NCBI GenBank assembly: GCA_021613535.1
Contig: CP075494.1
Span: 6,448,001 to 6,512,000, forward strand
DNA length: 64,000 bases
Reading direction: 5' to 3'
DNA from: Adineta vaga
Taxonomy: Eukaryota > Animalia > Rotifera
A model generated the notes under the pieces. The model searched no databases. It saw nothing but the letters and a program-made list of their open reading frames with translations, and was not told where the DNA came from. Below are positions 56,415 to 64,000 of the stretch, piece by piece. Position 1 is the first letter of the stretch; every line of letters starts with the position of its first letter. The translations under genes and the position numbers were made by a program.

Positions 56415-56773
56415 TCTATGTTCTTAATGAATTCAAATATTTCTTGTATTCAACCTCCATGAACGTTAAACAAAAGAACGAATAATAGCGATCCCTTGCA
56501 CATATACATAAGTATAAAAATGAGCCTATTGGATTTGTAAACTCTGAATATAACTATTTTATTCATCATCATCTTTTTAATATCAAAACAAACGCACACT
56601 CAGATGAGTCAATTGAGATTACTTGTCAATATAAAACAAATCTAAGAATATAAAAAAAAGCGAGTTCACCATTGAACAAAAAAAAGCAAACTATAAAATA
56701 GAAAAGATGCTGAAAGTCGGAAGAGAAATCAACTAAAATCGATCTGTTCTTGTTAGACAAGAAAAATAGAGAT

Positions 56774-59700
56774 TTATGTATGTCGAAACAGTCCCAGATC
56801 GCGATCAGCTGCTTGAATTTCATCAAGTTTTTTACTGAATATTTTTAGAAGTTTTCCAGCAAATTCTTCTTGTGAAACGAGTAATTTTGAAACTTTCTGA
56901 CGAATTTTATCGGTTCTATCAGTAGGATCATCTTTTGCATGTGCCTTCAAAAAGAAAACTTGGAAGAAAGTGTTATGTAAGTAAATATCTTACATGAAAA
57001 CTGTCTTCTGTTGTCGACATAATATCATCCAGATCATCTTGTGTGAGATTTAAAATTTTACTTGCAGTATGCAAAGCTGTATCATAACCCGGTAATGTTA
57101 ATGATAAAGATTCACGATGTTTTTGATGTTCACGTGCTCGCTTAAGAGAATCTTTCATTTCTGAACTTCGTCGAATCATTTCATGAAGTAAACCCTAAAT
57201 AATCGATGAACAAAGAAAAAAAAGTAAAGAATTGAAAGATTTTCTTTTCTATTACAATGGTAAATCGTTCATGTTCATTTAAAGTTTTGCGTGTTCGATC
57301 TAATTCAAGAGATAATCTATTGAATGTATCTTGATTCTTTGTATTTAATGTAATCATTTGTTGTTCAGATAGACGACGAGATGTAAGAAGTTCTTGATTT
57401 AAATGTTCATGATTAAGACGATATTGTCGAAGTTGTTGTTCGTTTAGACGATATTTTGTTTGAAAATCATCATATTTACTTTTCTATTTAGATGAAAATT
57501 CGAAAAAGATTCAAAGTAAAATGAACTAAAACTTTAATTACGAGTTTTTGATGTTCATCAAGAAGTTGTGCATAACGTGTCTCTGACAATTGCTTGTCAC
57601 GTGAAATAGCTTGTAGACGATTTTTGTATGAATCAAGCTGAAATAATAATTATTGAAAAAGCAACTGAAAGAAAATTGAATACTTACTGATACTTTTAAT
57701 TTCTCCATGGTTTCTGTTAATGATTTAACACGTTCTTCATCATTCTATTTAAATAAATAAATTTCGAATAGAATCACTGAAATTTCTTAGAAAAATACTT
57801 CATGTGGAACTTTTTCTTGTGCACGACTTGTAACTGTTTCCAAATCTGACAATCGAGTTTTATAATTTTCAATTAATGTTCGTTTGCTGACGATATCACG
57901 TTCTGTATGTGTCAATCTAATGATAAGAAAGAAAATTTCAAGCAATTGAAAAATCTTCTTCGACTTACTTTTCAGTTAATGATTGAAGATTTTTCGTTAA
58001 TGTTTCATTATCGTCCTGTAAAGTTTTATTTAATTTTCGTTGTCGTGCAGCATCGAATGATGTATTTTTTAAACGTGTATATAAATTATCAATACTTTCA
58101 CTATTATCCGATGTAGTTGAATCAAGACGTCGATGTTCACAAGTAGATAATGTTGGTTGAAAAATTTGATCATTCTTCAATCGACCACAATCAGTTGTTA
58201 ATCGCTATAAAAGAATTACATGATTAATATGACAATGAAAATTTCATACTTGATTAGTATTTTTGAGAATATTAACGCGATTATTTGCTGTTAATAAACG
58301 TTGTTGAAGTTGATGATTGTCTTCTTTTGCATCGAGTAAATCCATCTGTAATTGTTCCATACGTTTACGCATGGTTGCTAGCTAAAATAAAACGTACATT
58401 CCGTGAGCAAATTCGAAAATATTCTACATACTCGAGTCGAAGGTTTTTGTGTCGTAGATTTTCTTGCATACTGTGCATAGGGATCTCGATGAAATGAATT
58501 CGATAGACGAACTTTATTATTAACGTTTTTCTTCATTGGAATGTCTAAAATTTAAATGAAAAATGAAAGAAAAATTTAGTATTGAATGACTAACATGTCT
58601 TCTTTGATATCGATGGTCGTTTTTTTCGTTTCATTAATGAAGATTGTGTATGATAATCACAAAGACTACATGTATGACATCGTTGTTGTTGTTGTTGTTG
58701 TCGCCGACGATTTGTATTCACAGATTCAGTCTTTACTGATGATACTCGATAGAGATTTGTTGATTGTTCTGAAAGATCAATTGGAATTCGTGGACTTGGA
58801 TTTTGATCTAATAACATTTCTAAACAAGATTTATTTCCTTTCTTTTTTATTATTCGTTTCTTCTTTGTAAATGATGGTGGTGTAGGGAGAGTCTTTTTCG
58901 TTTTTATTTGAGTATTTCGTTTGAATTTATGAACTTGATCTTGTAATGCAAGTATTCGAAATTTTAATTTTTTCATTTCAGTTGTTGTTTGTGTTCGTTG
59001 TTGAAGTAAATGTTGTTTTTCATCAATACAAAGGTCTAAATTGGTTTTTAAACGTTCTTGTTCAAAAATTAAACATGTTCGTTCAGTTTCAAGATCATAT
59101 AGTTTTTTATCAAGTTCTTCAATTAATCGTTGTTGATCATCATTAGATGGAAGCACTGTTGGCGAGGAAGTCTTCATACGAAGATGATCATCTTTATCAT
59201 TCAATAATTGAATTTCATTTCGAAGTTCACCGATGACGATTGTTTGTTCATTGATTTCAATTTCTTGTAAATCAATTTTTTCTTGTAAACTAACACTAAA
59301 ATAAAAATTCAAACGGATCAATAATGAAAAAGAATTCTCATCAACCATCCATCGTACTTTTCATTTACTAATCGAGCATTTTCTCGTCGTAGTTTGGTTA
59401 CTTCATTCCAAACACTATCATCATCTTCTTGTTTAAGTAATTTACGATTTGATCCTGTTTGTCGTCGTCGACGTTGATCATTACATATTGAACAACCAAC
59501 TTTATTCTTTCGAATTGCTCTTCCATAGAAATAATCATTATTCGAATTCTTTTGTAATGTTTCATCATCTGTATAAGATTGTAATTCTTCTTTAACAGAT
59601 CGATATTGTTTTTGTAAATGTTTCAAACGTAACCAACGTTTATCATGAACTTTTTTTAATGTAGCAATTTGATCGTCACGTTTAACAAGTAATTGTTGAA

Positions 59701-61886
59701 CATTAGTTAAACGATCAGTTAAAGTATGAATTTTCTTTTTCAAATATTCAATATCTAGTGGAGATGATGTAGGAGATTGATCACGAACTGGAGGAGATGA
59801 ACGACGTTTCTTTTGAGATGAAGATCGAGTTGATCTAATATGATAATGTAGTTATGATTCTATAATTAGAAAAGAACTTACTTTCCAGTAGATAAATTTC
59901 GTCCAGGATTGTCACTACAAGCTCGACAATGACCAACGTGAGATAAATGACCCTTGCAGAAAGATATATATATATATGTATATATATATATGATCAATGA
60001 CATGATGAAAATGAAAACTTACTGGTACTGATGTATCACGAGAACGACGGAGAGTTAGTTTTAAATTCTCAATTTCATTATCACGATCTTTTAATGTCTG
60101 AAAAGTGCATCAAAATAAGTTTTTATTCGTGTGAACGTTTTGATCCACCGTTCTATCCTTAGGAGATGATGAAAAAATCGATTTTGAAATATATCTAAAC
60201 CTAAGTGATATACAAAACCACTCTCTTTTCAAGTATTCGTTAAAATAAATTTGATATCACGTCTATATGACCGATTGTATATAACTTTTACTTCAATCGA
60301 TGTTAGGGCAAGCACTTATACTAACAATGAAGTATTTACACTGTAGTACTTCGACTTTCTTCAAAGAAGTCTATATCCATTAGTTACATTTTATTTGTCT
60401 TGTTGAGAGTTATAAAAACAAATATAGAGCATTGTTTCATTTCAATTGTCTTTAATACAAATTCATGACTTTAAATCATCATCGTATACAGATTTTTTGA
60501 TGGAATAATGAATGTTTAGGTAGGCTATTCTCAAGGTTGATTGGTCACGAATTGTACTGAGAAGAAAAGAAGAAGAAAGATTAATTTGACTAGTGAATGC
60601 CTGCTAGACGTTTCTTTTAAAAGAGCATATCATTGAAAAAATGCCGTAGGACTCCATCATCTTATATCACATCTACATTTGACGACACGATAGTGATTCT
60701 CAACAAATGACTATTTAAAAATCTACTGTCTTTATATGGTTTGTTTGTTAAATAGTTCATACTCATAATTAAACCTTTGCATGAGAATAAAAATATAATT
60801 GGAGCATTGTTCGATCGGCTTAAGAAACAAATCATCTCGTGCACGCAATAGAAACTTGCGTAACTTCTTTTACTTACATTTTGAAGTGAAGCGATATGTG
60901 CTTTCAATGAATCATCCTCGAAATTACCATCTATATATGAATAGACCAATCTGTTTTTTCTTGATCAATCAAATGAAAAAGTTACTTGTCTGTTTCTTCT
61001 TTTGTAAATCAATTATTTCTCTTCTAATCGATGAAGAAAATATATTTTATTCAAATAAAGTTTTCTTTCATTCGAATTTATATACCTTAATTTGCCAATT
61101 GTATCTTCACGATCTTCAACTGCTGCTTTATAAGAATCAAGTTTTTCTCGCCATAATTGTGTATCTGCAGCGATACGGTCAAATGTCTATGAATTTTGAG
61201 ATACTATCAACATCAATACTTTCAATATTAAATAAAACTATACCATAATTTTTTCATGATTAACTGCTTCGAAATCAGATCTTTCTCGTAGTTGTTTTGT
61301 TAGATCATTGGCATGTTCGAATAAACCTACTCAATAATCATAAATTGGGAAAATAGGATTGGAAAAAATCCTTACGTTCATTTTCACTTTGACAATCACG
61401 TATCGTCTTTTCAAATGTTTGTACTTGTAATTGATGTAACTGTTCAAACGTTCTTGTCTAAAATAGTTTTGAATATTTTTAAAACAAAAAGATTGTAAAT
61501 GATTCTAAAGCAAACCTTGTCTTCATACTGTCTTAACTGTTCTTCAAGTGCACGAAATTCTGTATTTCTTTTCTTCAATAAATCTTCTAACACTTGTTCA
61601 CTAAATATCGAACCAATGAAAAGAAGATTTGTAGTCTCATAGAGTAACTTACCGATCTTCTAATTTAGCAATCGAAGCATTTTTTTCTTGAATAACTCGT
61701 TCAAGTTTTTCTATGAGTTGTTCACGATTTTTTGATCGAAGTTCCTCACTATTTAATAGTACAAATTGATGTTCACTTGTGAACCTACAAAAGAAAACGA
61801 TGTACAATGCGAAAAATTCGAAAGATTCTTTACGTTGGTTCTGTGAAAGCACTTGTTGGCGCTTGAAGACCATTCACAGTTGCCAT
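56774..61886 (-). CDS. CNTLN: Centlein-like centrosomal coiled-coil protein, many exons
   Basis: Long coiled coil; HDKRWLRLKHLQKQYRSVKEEL and QEDDDSVWNEVTKLRRENARL resemble centlein conserved blocks (from recall); C-terminal ASKILNLTQDDLDDIM; start MATVNGLQ. Confidence 0.75.
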
Positions 61887-62292
61887 ATATATATAAATAC
61901 TGATTTATTTCACATGACATTAAGTTCGTTTTGTTCATCTAACATTACCGCAGTATTCCTCTTTTGTTTCCTTGGTTACTCTCTCCTTGTTGGCTTCTAT
62001 ATTGTATAGTGCACTACTGTGTCAACTGTACAGAACGATGAAAAACTTCGCGGTTGTTTTAGCATTTTCTATTTGAAAAAAGAAATTTAAATAAAAATTT
62101 ATTTAAATACAATCAATTTCAAATCATTGTTCTTTGTTATTTAAACACAAATGTCGTCGGATTATAGTAGAATTAATTCTTGTCTTTGTTCTTTTCAAAC
62201 TTAGACATTCTCGAACGAATATTCTTCTATCATTCTCTTTCTTTTTGCTTCAGAATTTAAATTCAAACGGTCGATCAGTAACTAGATCAATA

Positions 62293-63697
62293 ATGGCACC
62301 AAAAAAAGCAGCTAATACTAAAACAGCACCAGCGCCAACGGAAAACGAAACCGAATCCAAACAAATCCAAGTTCGTCTCCCATAATCAGTTCAATAATAT
62401 ACGTATGAAATTTTTTTCTTTAGAAAAAACAAGATGAAGAAAACCAACAATCCACAGAAAATGAACAATTAAGTCCAAAGAAAGCTTCGACTGAATCGAA
62501 GAAACCTGCAGTAAATTATTCTAGATTACTTTAAACTTCGAATTACATCTTTAAATATTATTCTTATTAGAGTAATAATAGAGCTGGTCGATCACGAAAG
62601 AAATCAGAAGCTGAAAAACTTCAAGAAGAAGCATCTGGAGTAAATAGTTTTTCGATGAATAATTCTTTGACATTGTCTCATTAACTTTAGTTCATTGAAC
62701 GTGTCAATAAAAAATCCGAAGTAGGTGATGAATCTACCGAAGAAGATAATGATGAAGAACAAGTATCGAAGAAGAAAACGAATACGACCTCAACTGAAGG
62801 AAAACAAACAACAAAAGGTGCCGCTACTCGAGGTGGTAAACGTCAATTAGCAAAAAATATGCCAGTGCATGAAGAAGAAGATGACGAAGATGAAAAACCA
62901 ACGACTGCAAAGGCTCCAGCAAAAGGTAGAGCTGCTGCTCAGAAGAATAAGAAAGCCGATGAAGATGAACAAAAAGATGCTGGTAAATACTTTCCAATCA
63001 ATCTCAACAACTACTTATTCAAAACTTTTTTTATAGGTACTGGCGAAGACGATGACGCTGAAAATGATGGTGGTGATTCATCAGATAAAAAGACCAAAAG
63101 TAAGCCAACTCGTAAGCAAGGTCAAAAGAATAAAGCTGAAGCTGAAATTGACAATGGTATGATTTCAATTCTATGATTTTCATTGAAAAAAAAAACTTCT
63201 TTTTCTTTTTGAAGAACAAAATGAAGAAACTGATACCAAAAAGAAAGCTACCACTGCTCGTAAAGGTAAAGCTACAGCGTCATCAAAAAAATCTGAAAAT
63301 GAAGAAACACCAGTAAATGATGATTTAAAATTATCGGAAGATGATGAACCATCGGATGATAAATCAAAAGGTGCAACAACGAAAAAAGGACCAACAAAAC
63401 GATCAGCACCAGCATCAGGGAAAAAAACAACATCAGCTGCATCCGCCAAAAAGAAAGGACAAAATGATGAACCTTTCGAAGATCGTACTAATGATGAAAA
63501 AAATGAAGATAACGAAAATAATACCGATGATGGTAAGTCAAATTGTTGATTAGTTTTGATAAAATGACCTCGTTTCTTTACTATTTACAGATGCTTCAGC
63601 TGCTAAACAAACAAAAAAAGGTCGTTCAGGTGATAAAGCTCCTGCATCAGCAAGTAAAACTGCAGGTCGTGGTGGTAAGAAAACCAAAGCAACATAA
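62293..63697 (+). CDS. Highly charged intrinsically disordered K/E/D/A/T-rich protein (7 exons)
   Basis: Spliced MAPKKAANTKTAPAP..GRSRKKSEAEKLQEEA..RGGKR..KTAGRGGKKTKAT*; frame kept across short GT-AG introns; almost no aromatic residues. Confidence 0.8.
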
Positions 63698-64000
63698 ACG
63701 AACAGAATCAAATCATAGTATAGTATTACTAACAATAATAGAATCGCTTTTCTTTTCTTTTATATGATCTATGTTATTAATTCTAGCTGTTCTTTCATTG
63801 TGATTGTACAAATCTAACTTTCTTATCATGTTGATTCTTCTCTAATAATCATACTCTTTATGTTCTTTCTCTCTCTTTCTCTCTTATATTTTTTTTTCAA
63901 CTTAATTGTGCTAATATTATTGATTAAAACATGTTAAACTTTACTATAAGCAACAGATATATATATATATATATTATCAATTAAAAATCAAACGTTCGAT

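Noticed and set aside
60098-60877. 780-nt centlein intron
   Set aside because: No recognisable nested gene, inverted repeats or hairpin; overlapping ORFs look spurious.

Overview
AT-rich, gene-dense eukaryotic (metazoan) genomic DNA with very short GT-AG introns (mostly ~50-65 nt). Intron size, composition and an intronless ART-TPR gene suggest a bdelloid rotifer (inference). About 22 protein-coding genes were assembled by eye across introns: GMPPB (partial), CPSF4, SEC62, TMEM14, RBM25, two tandem intronless TRIM-like genes, a CAP/GAPR-1-like gene, neurabin/spinophilin, class IIa HDAC, a small transmembrane gene, a mucin-like gene, a DDR receptor kinase, an ankyrin-SOCS gene, a coiled-coil gene, an ART-TPR gene, PBRM1, DDX5/17, ZFAND2B, PAGR1, a stand-alone MLH3-like C-terminal domain, centlein and a charged disordered MAPKK-start protein. 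No rRNA, tRNA, CRISPR or intact transposon was recognised. The strongest unexplained signal is in the oversized intron of DDX5/17: a stop-containing cassette exon whose 3' splice site is buried in a 16-bp G.U-containing hairpin, suggesting helicase-gated autoregulation. A parallel poison micro-exon lies in RBM25. Also notable: an ATPase-less MLH3 endonuclease domain, TRIMs with an unusual C-terminal domain, and an ART with an altered catalytic loop. Multi-exon coordinates are manual, and some internal boundaries are approximate.
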